Positions 9,222 through 18,812 of a stretch of 64,000 nt of DNA are shown here, in pieces. A model generated the notes under the pieces. That model saw only the letters and a list, made by a program, of their open reading frames with translations, made no database searches and was not told the DNA's origin. Each line of letters begins with the position of its first letter. Within the stretch, counting starts at the first letter, position 1. The stretch is from an uncultured Gemmatimonadaceae bacterium. GTDB taxonomy: Bacteria > Gemmatimonadota > Gemmatimonadetes > Gemmatimonadales > Gemmatimonadaceae. The stretch is taken from assembly GCA_963761305.1 (NCBI GenBank), contig CAVXGK010000001.1, positions 480,001-544,000 of the forward strand, written 5' to 3'. Position numbers and translations under genes: made by a program.

Positions 9222-9447
9222 TGACACGAAACGGTGCGCGGCCGTTGCGGCGATCACAAGCTCATTCCTCCCGACCAACCATTAGATGTTGATTAAGAGT
9301 TGGCGGGGGCGATCGTGCAGCGCGGTGCTTAGTCAACGCGGACGTCGATGGCGGTGCAGCGATGCCGGAGTATCGTCTCCCGTCGAGAGCCGAGCGTTCC
9401 AGGCGCCCGTTCGCTCTGATCGTTGGCGGCGAATCAGCCGTGAGCCC

Positions 9448-10767
9448 TTATTTGAATAGCTCCACACTCTCGTACGGCTGCGTCGCCCACGGGCGGTATC
9501 GGTTGAGCGTGAACCTGGTCCGTTCGCCTGGTCGTACACTCACCAACAGATAGTTGTACTCCTCTTTCGGCGCCGCACCCTGCCAGTACTGATCTGGCGG
9601 ATAATTCGCGGGAACCTTGACATGTGTTCGTCCTGGCAGGATGGGGTCTTGCTCGGCACCGCCGCCGCCCAGGACGAGATACTTCACTCCGTCCACGTCG
9701 TACGCCTCCGTCGTGTGCACGTGCCCGGTGAAGACGACGATGTCGAGGTCCTTGGCGTACGAGGCGAGCAGCTTGTGCGGATTCTGCGCTTCAGGGATCG
9801 GGCCCATGCCGGACCGACAGAAGACCGGAGCGTGAAAGGAGATGAATACGTTCTTGATCCCGGCGGCCTTGGCCTCGTCCAGCCACGCCCGTAGCTCCTT
9901 CATCTGTTGAGCGTACGCGGGTTGAGTCGCGTTCCAACCGCTGGGGTCACGAGGATCATATCCACCTGTCCACAGCGAGATGAACCTCGCGCCGGCGTAG
10001 TCGAACTTGTACGTGAACTGGTTGTCGGTCATGCCGAGCTTCGTCACGTAGGGAAAGGCGGCCCGGAATCCTTCGGCCGTCGAGTCTCCCCAGACTTCGT
10101 GATTGCCGAGCGCGCCGAAGACACGTCCTTCCAATCCTGCTTGCGTCAATCGATTGTCAGGCGGCGGCAGCTGCCTTAGAAAACGCTCATCGACCCGTTG
10201 CCAATAAGGGTTGTCGGACGGTGACGACCCTTGTTTTCCCCACCACACCCAGTCGCCGGTATGCAGCGCGAAGTCAGCCTGACCGCCCGTGAGGGCCTTC
10301 AGCACTCCGGCCGTCACCCAGTCACCGCCCTTGATGCGGTACATCGTATAGTGAACCCCGGGCTGCAGCTTCACGTCTTCCACCGACGCTTCGGTTGCCC
10401 ACCCGCTGTCCACAGTGACAGTCATGACTTCGCTCTTGGTCATGAATGGCATCACGATTTTTTTGAGCTCGCCGCTCGCCGGGTCGTAGTCGAGCTTCAC
10501 GTATTTCTCGACGACTTCTTTCGCCTCTTTCGGCGGCATCTCCAGCTCGAGCATCTCGGCGATGAGGTTTACCGCCTCGGCTTTTTGCTCGGATCGATGC
10601 GGCAAGTACATCATCGTTCGCGAGTCGCCGAATACCGCGAATGAGAATGGGAAGCTCGCTGTGGGTGCGCTCTGACGCGCGGCGCTGTCCCGGGCGCATC
10701 CGCTCAAGACAACAGCAAAAAGGCCGACGCAGACTAGCGCGACCGGTGTCGGCTCTCGTCCCCTCAT
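9448..10767 (-). CDS. Metallophosphoesterase (calcineurin-like) lipoprotein
   Basis: Lipobox LSGC; motifs FGDSR, HTGD, GNHE, FHAP, GHVH, GGGGA. Confidence 0.85.
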   Translation of the reverse strand: MRGREPTPVALVCVGLFAVVLSGCARDSAARQSAPTASFPFSFAVFGDSRTMMYLPHRSEQKAEAVNLIAEMLELEMPPKEAKEVVEKYVKLDYDPASGELKKIVMPFMTKSEVMTVTVDSGWATEASVEDVKLQPGVHYTMYRIKGGDWVTAGVLKALTGGQADFALHTGDWVWWGKQGSSPSDNPYWQRVDERFLRQLPPPDNRLTQAGLEGRVFGALGNHEVWGDSTAEGFRAAFPYVTKLGMTDNQFTYKFDYAGARFISLWTGGYDPRDPSGWNATQPAYAQQMKELRAWLDEAKAAGIKNVFISFHAPVFCRSGMGPIPEAQNPHKLLASYAKDLDIVVFTGHVHTTEAYDVDGVKYLVLGGGGAEQDPILPGRTHVKVPANYPPDQYWQGAAPKEEYNYLLVSVRPGERTRFTLNRYRPWATQPYESVELFK

Positions 10768-11031
10768 GAGACTGCTCCCGTTCTACACGCTTGGTGTCGT
10801 TGGCGTCTTGCGCCGGAACCAGCCTAGTCCGGCCCTGACACCACAGGAGTTGGACGTTGTGCCAACTGATCGCGGGAGCCGCTATTCGTTGGCGAACGAG
10901 GGGCTGCCACCGGGCGCGAGTGCCCCAGTCTCGGGGAACGGCGATCGGGGCGAGCGCTTGGCGAGAGAAACCGCCGCCACCGCTTCCACTTCTATAACAT
11001 TCCGCCGGGACCAACCATTGGACGAGGAGGA

Positions 11032-12831
11032 TCAGCGCCGCCTCGTGATCGTGGCCACGAGGCGCGTGTCGTTCACGTGGTAATAGTCGGCGCGCTCACC
11101 GTGGGCGACACGCACCGGCTTTCCCTGGTACTCGCCAACGTCATCCCAGCCCACCACGACGTCCTCGACGATCCAGCGATAGTCGTCGGAGAAACGAAGA
11201 CACACGGTGCCGGCCGGCCGCGTCGAACAGTCCGGAGGAGGATCCTGCTCCTTCCATTGAATGGTCGCCGGATCCGGCGCGGGCGTGCCGAATGAGAACG
11301 GCTGGTTCACCAGCTGCTTCACCTTCTTCCCACCGATTTCCGCTGGGATGTATCGCATCTCGGGGACCGCGCCTCGCACTGCGTCCACGAGCAGCGGGTT
11401 CGGGGCCTTCACGACCCTGAACGACGCGAGGTCGGCCACTCCAGTCGTGTCCACGACGAACGAGACGATCACGTCACCGCCAATGCCGAGTCTCGCGATC
11501 GAATCTGGAAAGACTGGAAGGAGCACACCGGGCGCCATGCGTACGGGTCGATCGACCTGAGAGTCGAAATACACCTGTCCGGGCACGTAGGGCGCGGCCC
11601 GGGTCACGCGGGTCCCCGCAACCGTGGCGCGAAGCTTCCCAGCGTCACTTGCCTCGCTCACGCGCACTGGCGTCGCGCTCGCCTTCGTCGTCGCGTCGCC
11701 TAACTGGCCGTCGCTATTGTCTCCCCAGCAATAGACGGCGCCGTCTGCGGTGAGGCCACACGCGTGGTAAGTCCCCGCGCTCACCGTTGTGAAGCGTTGA
11801 TCGCCTGCGACGCGAATGGGCGGTTCGCGACCGTCGTCGTCGCGCCCGGGCCGATTTTTGTACGACTGACTCGAGAGAATGCTGGCTCCCGCGAGCCGGT
11901 TGTAGCGCGCGTCGCGCCAGCAGTAAGCCGTTCCATCTGTCGCCGACGCGCAGGCGTAGAGCAGACCAACCCCAATCGACGTGAACGAGACGCCTGCGGG
12001 CATCGGCACTGGAGCCGCGATGCCGCCAACGCTGACGTTGCCGTACCGGCGCAACGAGTCGGGCCCCCAGCAGTAGGCCTTCCCCGCTGCCGTGAGGCCG
12101 CATGTGAGATCCCATCCAGCGCTCACGGTCACGAACTTCTGACCGCCCTGAACCGCCGTCGGCCTCCTGAGAACCACGCCATTGACCATCTGTCCGGGGT
12201 ATCCGAGTCCCCAACAGTGCGCGTCGCCCTGCGCTGTAACCCCGCACGAGTAAGTGTTCCCCGCGCTCAACTGCGTGAACGTCAGACCGCCAGACAGGGC
12301 GGTCGGCCCTCCCTCCATTGGCGCTCCACCGCCGAGTTGGCCGGCGCCGTTTTGACCCCAACACCATGCGGCGCCCGTGGTCGTGAGCCCGCACGCGTGG
12401 TCGGAGGCAGCCGCGATCGCGGAAAGACGAAGGTTGCCAGCGAAACGCGAGGGAACCGAGTCTCCGGGTAAGACCGCGGATCGTCCGGGCGGAATGGGCA
12501 GGTTCACGATTCCCCAGCAGTACCCGTCCCCGTTTTCGGCGGTCGCACAGGTTTGTTCTGTGCCGGCGGAGAGCGTGGTGAATCGTGTGTCGCCGACGAC
12601 GCGCAGTGGCGTCGTGCTCGAGCCGCCGGTGAAGCCGACTCCCAGCTCACCGATGCGATTCGCGCCCCAGCAGACCGCCGAGCCGCGGCTCGTGAGCGCG
12701 CAGCTGTGACTCGTTCCTGCCGTAACCGCGACGAACCGCTCCTGAGCGTCCGGAGCCGGCGGCCGACTGGACGGGCTGGCGCCGGAACAGGCACCCAGCG
12801 TTGCGGTGATGAGTACGGCACGCGGCTTCAT
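11032..12831 (-). CDS. RCC1-repeat lipoprotein fused to a TonB C-terminal domain
   Basis: Lipobox LGAC; repeated AG..H.CGLT..G.AYCWG.N..GQLG; then YFDSQVDRP...GDVIVSFVVDTTG...YIPAEIGGKKVKQLVNQPFSF. Confidence 0.85.
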   Translation of the reverse strand: MKPRAVLITATLGACSGASPSSRPPAPDAQERFVAVTAGTSHSCALTSRGSAVCWGANRIGELGVGFTGGSSTTPLRVVGDTRFTTLSAGTEQTCATAENGDGYCWGIVNLPIPPGRSAVLPGDSVPSRFAGNLRLSAIAAASDHACGLTTTGAAWCWGQNGAGQLGGGAPMEGGPTALSGGLTFTQLSAGNTYSCGVTAQGDAHCWGLGYPGQMVNGVVLRRPTAVQGGQKFVTVSAGWDLTCGLTAAGKAYCWGPDSLRRYGNVSVGGIAAPVPMPAGVSFTSIGVGLLYACASATDGTAYCWRDARYNRLAGASILSSQSYKNRPGRDDDGREPPIRVAGDQRFTTVSAGTYHACGLTADGAVYCWGDNSDGQLGDATTKASATPVRVSEASDAGKLRATVAGTRVTRAAPYVPGQVYFDSQVDRPVRMAPGVLLPVFPDSIARLGIGGDVIVSFVVDTTGVADLASFRVVKAPNPLLVDAVRGAVPEMRYIPAEIGGKKVKQLVNQPFSFGTPAPDPATIQWKEQDPPPDCSTRPAGTVCLRFSDDYRWIVEDVVVGWDDVGEYQGKPVRVAHGERADYYHVNDTRLVATITRRR

Positions 12832-13099
12832 GCTGCGAGCCTCCGATCGAGCAGTGGCCCAAGCTACCTGACCGGCGCAGCATTGGGGAGGACGTCAGGA
12901 GTTAAATCTCGGGATAAACGTGGCCCGCTGCATCCCGGGTCTCGTTGCGTGTTCATGGTGCGTACTAGAATGCTCGCGACCAATACGTAACTCGACGTAT
13001 GCGAAACCGCCCTGAGCGAGACGGTAGCTACACGTCGATGGCTGCCGGGACACAAGGCTCAAAATCGAAGGCCGCTCGCCCAACCACCGAAAACAGACG

Positions 13100-13933
13100 A
13101 TGAGCACATTGATCGACGAGAACACGACCATCACGCGCGGGTACGCCCCCGTGAACGGTCTCGAGATGTATTACGAAGTCGAGGGCCCGCCGGGGGGCGC
13201 CCCGCTCGTCTACATCCCGAACGCATTCGGATTTGCTGGCCTGATTTCGTTTCCCGGTCTGCTCGAGAACTACTCGGTCATCACGATGGATCTCCAGGGG
13301 CACGGTCGCACCGCGGACATACCGGAGCGTCCGCTCACGATCGAGCAATACGCCGAAGACGTCGTCGGATTGCTGAAGCATCTCGGCGTCGCGAGAGCCG
13401 ACTTCTTCGGCTTCAGCTTCGGCGGCAACACGGCGACGATGATCGCGCTTCGCTACCCCGCGTTGGTCCGTCGTGTGGCGACATGGGGGGCGACGTTCGG
13501 TCCACCGCAGGTCGCCCACAACGCCGACATGCTGCGCTTCGACCATCCGCCGACGGCCGAAGACACGGCCTTCGCGTTCAAGCGAGAGAGGTACAAACAG
13601 GTGGCTCCCGATCCCGACCACTGGCCGCGGATCTGGGAGAAGGTCGCGAACCTTCGATGGAATGGATTCTCAAACGACGAGTTGGCGTCGATCAAGGCGC
13701 CGCTGCTGGTGGGACTTGGCGATCGCGACTTCGTGCGGCTCGAGCACGCGGTCAGCGTGTCGAGACTCGTCCCGAACGCCGAGCTCGCGGTAGTGCCGGA
13801 TGCCGGGCACTTTGCTCCGATGTCGGAACCGGAGCGCGTGATTCCGATCGTGAAGCATTTTCTCGAAAAGCCGGTGACCAGAGCCCCGGTGGCAACCGCG
13901 GGGATGGGCTACCACCCCGGCGAAACGCGCTGA
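13100..13933 (+). CDS. Alpha/beta fold hydrolase
   Basis: GYAPVNGLEMYYE, DLQGHGRT, nucleophile elbow GFSFG, GDRD, AGH. Confidence 0.9.
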   Translation: MSTLIDENTTITRGYAPVNGLEMYYEVEGPPGGAPLVYIPNAFGFAGLISFPGLLENYSVITMDLQGHGRTADIPERPLTIEQYAEDVVGLLKHLGVARADFFGFSFGGNTATMIALRYPALVRRVATWGATFGPPQVAHNADMLRFDHPPTAEDTAFAFKRERYKQVAPDPDHWPRIWEKVANLRWNGFSNDELASIKAPLLVGLGDRDFVRLEHAVSVSRLVPNAELAVVPDAGHFAPMSEPERVIPIVKHFLEKPVTRAPVATAGMGYHPGETR

Positions 13934-14130
13934 TGGCAAGCGGCTACGGGCGGAGGGCGTTTGGCGCGGCGAACGCGGCTACTGTGCTTTATTTGGTGTT
14001 GTTGATAGCCACCGTCGTGGCCGTCGACGTCGTGTTTTTCAGAAATCGCTTCTGGGGACGCCTGACCGTGAATGTCGGGATAGTCTTAGTCTTTACAGCC
14101 TTCTACTTCCGATTCCTCAAACGCCCATGA
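13933..14130 (+). CDS. Small two-TM membrane protein
   Basis: TGATG coupling with the hydrolase; VLYLVLLIATVVAVDVVFF...NVGIVLVFTAFYF. Confidence 0.65.
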   Translation: MASGYGRRAFGAANAATVLYLVLLIATVVAVDVVFFRNRFWGRLTVNVGIVLVFTAFYFRFLKRP

Positions 14131-14417
14131 GCCAGCCCGGCGGGCGAGGTCGAGCGCGCCGGCAACACGGGCGATAGCGCCCGGACCACGGGATGTGGCG
14201 GGCGCGAGCTCGGCGCGCGGCGTCGCGCCGAACGCTGAAGGGGACGGACGGGAGTCTTCCGTCCCGGTGAGGGTGGATGTGGCAGACGTCAGTCGCGCCG
14301 AACGCAATTCGAAGCGGGACTCGGGGATCCCAACTTCGTCTGACGCGTCCTGCGAGTCGTCACGTCGCAACTCAGCGCGGTCCACCGCTAAGTGCGCGTC
14401 GGCTGGAGCGAGGTGCG

Positions 14418-14510
14418 TGCGGTCCGAACGCGATTTCATCCGGTCCGAACGCGACTTCATCCGGTCCGGACGCAGCTTCATGTGGTCCGGACGCGACTCG
14501 ATCCGGTCTG
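14418..14510. repeat. Degenerate 21-bp tandem repeat, about 4 copies
   Basis: Units like CGGTCCGAACGCGACTTCATC. Confidence 0.75.
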
Positions 14511-14620
14511 CGGTCGTCGTGATGCGGTCCGATCGAGCCTGAGCGCGAGCTCGCGCGAGACGATCGCGGGATCGTGCGAACTGACTCTGGACAGAGGTGG
14601 AGAGACTCTCGAACGAAGGC

Positions 14621-14745
14621 GAGTGAATCTCGGATGGAACCGAGTGAACCTCGGATGGAGCTGAGTGAATCTCCGATGGAGCTGTGTGAATCTCGGATGG
14701 AGCTGAGTGAATCTCGGATAGAGCTGAGTGAATCTCGGATGGAGA
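14621..14745. repeat. 21-bp tandem repeat, about 6 copies
   Basis: Units like GAGTGAATCTCGGATGGAGCT (SEIHSAP on the minus strand). Confidence 0.9.
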
Positions 14746-14957
14746 GTCAGCGATCCGCAACGCTTCGGGCGAAGAGGCGGCTGCCTGCGAGTTGCTCTCG
14801 GCTACGGACGAGTTGCTCTCGGCTGCCCCGAAGTTCAATAGCGCTTAGCGCGCCTTCGTGGCCGGCGGGAGCGATTTCACGTGCATCGCGCGCGGGTGAA
14901 TCGGCGCGTGGGCGAACGCGTTCGGCCATCGCCGCGCCGCAACCGCGGTCCTCGTGC

Positions 14958-15150
14958 CTCCTACTTAGTAAGTGGGAGCCGACCGGGATTTGCTACCAAA
15001 TGTCCTCTTTAGGAGACGCCGATTTGCGAGGTGCTGACGAACGGCTGACAATCGGCGGCTATTATGCCACGCAAATGAGTGTTTTCAATCGCTGCAACGT
15101 TTCGTTGCGGTAGTAAAATCGCGTCGGCTCCCACTTCTATTAGTAGGGGG
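14958..15150. mobile_element. Putative MITE-like non-coding element with ~40-bp imperfect terminal inverted repeats
   Basis: Left arm CTCCTACTTAGTAAGTGGGAGCCGACCGGGATTTGCTACC; right arm GGTAGTAAAATCGCGTCGGCTCCCACTTCTATTAGTAGGGG; exact core AAGTGGGAGCCGAC. Confidence 0.45.
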
Positions 15151-15308
15151 GCGAAGTCCGCCGAAGCCGATCGGGGTCTGCCCGTACAACTCACGTTTCA
15201 CTTGGACGCGCTTATTTGATCGAGTCGGCGGACGACGTCGGCAATCCAGCCTGCCCCTGGTGCCCGGTTGAAACGCTTGCTTCGCGCGCTATCTTCGCGA
15301 CGGACCCC

Positions 15309-16847
15309 ATGGAACACACGGACACGACCGTCACGCGACGGACGCTTCTGAAGAGCGGTCTCGCCGCCGCCGCCGGGCTCGCATTGCCGGGTGCCGCAGG
15401 CGGAGCGACCTCTTCCTCGCGCGAAACCATCGCGGAACCAGGCACGCCGCCCGAAAGCGTCATGCCGGCGCTCGTCTCTTACATGAGCGAGGCACAAACG
15501 CGCCCCCTGCCGGCCGAGACGGCGGAGCATACACGTCTGCACGTGCTCGACACGTTCGCCGCCATGGTCTCGGGGAGCGAACTCCCACCGGGCCGGGCCG
15601 CGCTTCGTTTCGTCGACGCGTACGATGCCGGCGGGGGCGGGGGGGGCGGGGGGGGCGGGGGCGGCGGCGGCGCCACGGTCGTGCGATCGAAGCGTCTCGC
15701 CGGTCCGATCGAAGCGGCGCTGGCCAACGCGATGATGGCCCACGCCGACGAGACCGACGACTCGCACGCGCCGTCGCAATCGCATCCGGGGTGTTCGATC
15801 GTGCCGGCGGCTCTTGCCGCCGCCGAGCGGTTCGAGACCGACGGCGCGCGTTTCCTGCGGGCCGTGGCGCTCGGCTACGACATCGGGACGCGGGTCAACA
15901 TGGCGCTGCGCGTCTCGAACTTCGAGGTCGCCTCGCATCTCAGCAGCCACGCCATGGCCGCGGTCTGGGGTTCGTCGGCGGCAGCCGGATGCGCGGCCGG
16001 CCTGTCGACTGAACAGCTACCGTGGCTTCTTGCCTACGCCGCCGACCAATCCAGCGGGCTGACTGTATGGCAGCGCGATTCCGACCACATTCAAAAGGCG
16101 TTCGCGTTCGCCGGCCTCGGCGCACGCAACGGCGTGACGGCGGCGATCGTCGTCCACGCCGGGTGGACCGGCGTGAACGACGTCCTCGCCGGCGCATACA
16201 ACTTCTTCAATGCGTACGCGCCCGCCTCCGGCCCCGACCTTGGGGTGCTCGTGGACAAGCTGGGAGAGCGCTATGAAGTCGTCCGAACGAACGTCAAGAA
16301 GTGGACGGTGGGCTCACCGATCCAGGCGCCGCTCGACGCCATCGAACGCATGCGACGGGATCATCCGTTCACGGCGGATCAAGTGCAGCGAGTCGTCGTG
16401 CGCACGGCGACGAGCGAGGCGAAGCTGGTGGACAACCGCGACATGCCGGACATCTGCATGCAGCACATGGTCGCGGTGATGCTGCTGGACAAGACGGCGT
16501 CGTTCGCGTCGGCGCACGACAAGCCACGAATGCAGGACCCGGCGGTCCTCGAGCAGCGGGCGAAAGTCACGCTCATCCAGGACGAGGAATTGGAGAAGCT
16601 GCTCCCGAAGCGAGTGGCGATCGTCGACGTCACGCTGACGGACGGGACCAAGCTGACACAACGAGTGGACGCCGTCCGAGGCACGGTGCAGAATCCGATG
16701 ACGCGGGCGGAGATCGTGGCCAAGGCGCGAGACCTCGTGGCGCCGGTGCTCGGTGCCGCTTCGGCGTCGCGCCTCATCGACAAGGTGCTCGCGCTCGACA
16801 CGGTGCGCGACATCCGCGAGCTCAGGCCGTTGCTACAGGGGGATTGA
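15309..16847 (+). CDS. MmgE/PrpD family protein with twin-arginine signal
   Basis: TRRTLLK Tat motif; AHADETDDSH, SHPG, KAFAFAG; poly-Gly insertion. Confidence 0.88.
   Translation: MEHTDTTVTRRTLLKSGLAAAAGLALPGAAGGATSSSRETIAEPGTPPESVMPALVSYMSEAQTRPLPAETAEHTRLHVLDTFAAMVSGSELPPGRAALRFVDAYDAGGGGGGGGGGGGGGATVVRSKRLAGPIEAALANAMMAHADETDDSHAPSQSHPGCSIVPAALAAAERFETDGARFLRAVALGYDIGTRVNMALRVSNFEVASHLSSHAMAAVWGSSAAAGCAAGLSTEQLPWLLAYAADQSSGLTVWQRDSDHIQKAFAFAGLGARNGVTAAIVVHAGWTGVNDVLAGAYNFFNAYAPASGPDLGVLVDKLGERYEVVRTNVKKWTVGSPIQAPLDAIERMRRDHPFTADQVQRVVVRTATSEAKLVDNRDMPDICMQHMVAVMLLDKTASFASAHDKPRMQDPAVLEQRAKVTLIQDEELEKLLPKRVAIVDVTLTDGTKLTQRVDAVRGTVQNPMTRAEIVAKARDLVAPVLGAASASRLIDKVLALDTVRDIRELRPLLQGD
15630..15671 (+). 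repeat. G-rich simple repeat encoding 14 Gly
   Basis: GGCGGGGGCGGGGGGGGCGGGGGGGGCGGGGGCGGCGGCGGC. Confidence 0.9.
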
Positions 16848-16888
16848 GCCGTCGGTTGTGATACTTCGTCTCGATCGTCCATGACTAA

Positions 16889-17917
16889 ATGCTCAATGGA
16901 CGAATGGCAGCGGGCCTCGTCGCCCTCGCACCAGCGCTGTGCAGCTGCGTGCCGACCCACTACTCGCCGGTGGCCGCATGTCCGACGCTCGCCGACGGCA
17001 CGCATCCGTCGAGCGGGTCGTTGCAGGTATTGCCATCCGAAGTTCCAGAGGTCCAACTCGACTCCATGCGTTGGTACGTACACACCGGCCACGAGGGAGA
17101 AGAGTTCGGGACCTGGACGTCCGTGTCGGCGCTCGGGCGAATCGTCAGCACGAAGGAGACGTCCCTCGTCGGTGTCGGTGTGCTGGTCGAAGGGATGCGG
17201 GACACCGTCGTCGTTCATCGCATGATCGACAGCAATTTCTACGACGTGCGACGCGTGCCGTGGTCCTCGCAAGCATACATGACGATCGGGCGCGAGACGG
17301 TGCGTCCGGATCGTCCAGTTCAAGTGCGGGCGGGCGAGAAGGATCTCAGTCGCTCGCCGCCGACCCGATGGGGGTGTCCGACACGCGCCCGCATCATTCG
17401 CCTCTCCCCGCCGGGCACGGCGCTTCGCGCGCCACGCCCTCCTGAAGACGAGCGGCCCGGCTCTGATTTCTACGCGTGGGACCCGTGGAGGTTCAGCGTA
17501 GACACGGCAATGCAGCAACGGTCGAGCCTCGCGCTGCTTCGCGGTCCTCGAGGAGACACGGCACGGACGGACGTGGTTGTCGTACGTTCGAAGTTCTTGT
17601 ATCGCCGGTTTGAAGCGAGCGGTATTCGGGCCGACTCGACGAGATTCACGACACTCGATGTCGGCGTATCCGGCGCCCAGATCGACTCGGCCGAGGCCCA
17701 CGCGAGACGGCTGGACGTGGAACGGGACCGTACGACACCGACGCCAACGCCGAACGCGGGCGAATCGATTCTCATGATCGGCTTGGGCGGTAGGCGCTAC
17801 GAATGGCGCTTTCCGACGGCGAGCCCGCCGTCTGACCTCGTCCCGATCGTTCGCGCCATGTCGCGAATCGGTGACCGGATGGCGCCGACGGCGCGCGGGT
17901 ACGCGCCGACCCCATGA
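16889..17917 (+). CDS. Hypothetical lipoprotein
   Basis: Long ORF with signal peptide and LCSC lipobox-like motif; no recognised domain. Confidence 0.55.
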   Translation: MLNGRMAAGLVALAPALCSCVPTHYSPVAACPTLADGTHPSSGSLQVLPSEVPEVQLDSMRWYVHTGHEGEEFGTWTSVSALGRIVSTKETSLVGVGVLVEGMRDTVVVHRMIDSNFYDVRRVPWSSQAYMTIGRETVRPDRPVQVRAGEKDLSRSPPTRWGCPTRARIIRLSPPGTALRAPRPPEDERPGSDFYAWDPWRFSVDTAMQQRSSLALLRGPRGDTARTDVVVVRSKFLYRRFEASGIRADSTRFTTLDVGVSGAQIDSAEAHARRLDVERDRTTPTPTPNAGESILMIGLGGRRYEWRFPTASPPSDLVPIVRAMSRIGDRMAPTARGYAPTP

Positions 17918-17948
17918 GGATGAGGCGTGAGGCACGCCCATTCGCTCA

Positions 17949-18812
17949 ATGCGACGTCGTAAGCCCCGTCACGAAGCAGGTCGCGATTCCGCGCAGGCGA
18001 CTGGGTACACACACAGCCGCTCGCACGAGGGTTGGATTCGTGATATACAATCCGTTGTCGGGCCCGGTCTTGGCGAATACCTTTCGGGGCCCGAGCGGCC
18101 TGTGCCAAGAGCAATAAGAACACCTGAAATCGCTGAGGGACCCAACGACCGGCAAGCCTCGGCGTTGGTCTCGTTGTTTCGGGCTATCGCGGCCGGCGAC
18201 ACCGCGCGAGTCTCGCGCCTGCTCCGAGCGTCGCCCGAGCTTGCCCGCCAGTCGATCCGCATTGGCGTCACGCGAGCCGACGCGGGGCGATGGTTCATCG
18301 CCGATGCCGGGCGATACATCCTGACCGGCGATACAGCGCTGCACTTCGCCGCGGCGTCGTTTCGTCCCGGTCTGTGCAAGAGACTTCTCGCGCTCGGCGC
18401 GGACGTGCACGCGAAGAATCGGCGCGGCGCCGAGGCGTTGCACGCGGCGGCGGCGGCCGCTCCAGGCTCGCGTCGGTGGAATCCACGGATGCAATCGAAG
18501 ACGATCGCACTGTTGATCGACGCCGGCGCCGACCCGAACTGCGTCGACGCCGAAGGCGCAACGCCACTGCACCGTGCGGTGCGAACCCGGTGCGCGGCCG
18601 CGGTTCGCGTTCTGCTCGAGCGGGGCGCGAATCCGCGGGCGAAGAACAAGGGCGGGTCGACGCCGGCGCGCCTGGCTGTATTGACCACCGGCCGAGGTGG
18701 ATCCGGAACGCCGGCGGCGAAGGCGCAGCAGGCGCTCATCGTCCGCTCGTTCCTGGATCGAGGCGTGCGCGTGCCCGCCTCGTCTTCCTTCATCGACCAA
18801 CTCGCCCCGTGA
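17949..18812 (+). CDS. Ankyrin-repeat protein (true start probably further downstream)
   Basis: GDTALHFAA, GADVHAKN, GADPN..D..GATPLHRAV, GANP. Confidence 0.8.
   Translation: MRRRKPRHEAGRDSAQATGYTHSRSHEGWIRDIQSVVGPGLGEYLSGPERPVPRAIRTPEIAEGPNDRQASALVSLFRAIAAGDTARVSRLLRASPELARQSIRIGVTRADAGRWFIADAGRYILTGDTALHFAAASFRPGLCKRLLALGADVHAKNRRGAEALHAAAAAAPGSRRWNPRMQSKTIALLIDAGADPNCVDAEGATPLHRAVRTRCAAAVRVLLERGANPRAKNKGGSTPARLAVLTTGRGGSGTPAAKAQQALIVRSFLDRGVRVPASSSFIDQLAP

Noticed and set aside
10766..11083. 105-aa plus-strand ORF
   Set aside because: Overlaps both flanking minus-strand genes; no motif or clear RBS
12895..12975. dif site (GTTAAAT / GGTGCGTA fragments)
   Set aside because: The half-sites are not in the 11-6-11 arrangement
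14621..14745. CRISPR array or DGR template
   Set aside because: Head-to-tail 21-mers without spacers; no reverse transcriptase or adenine-specific variant pair
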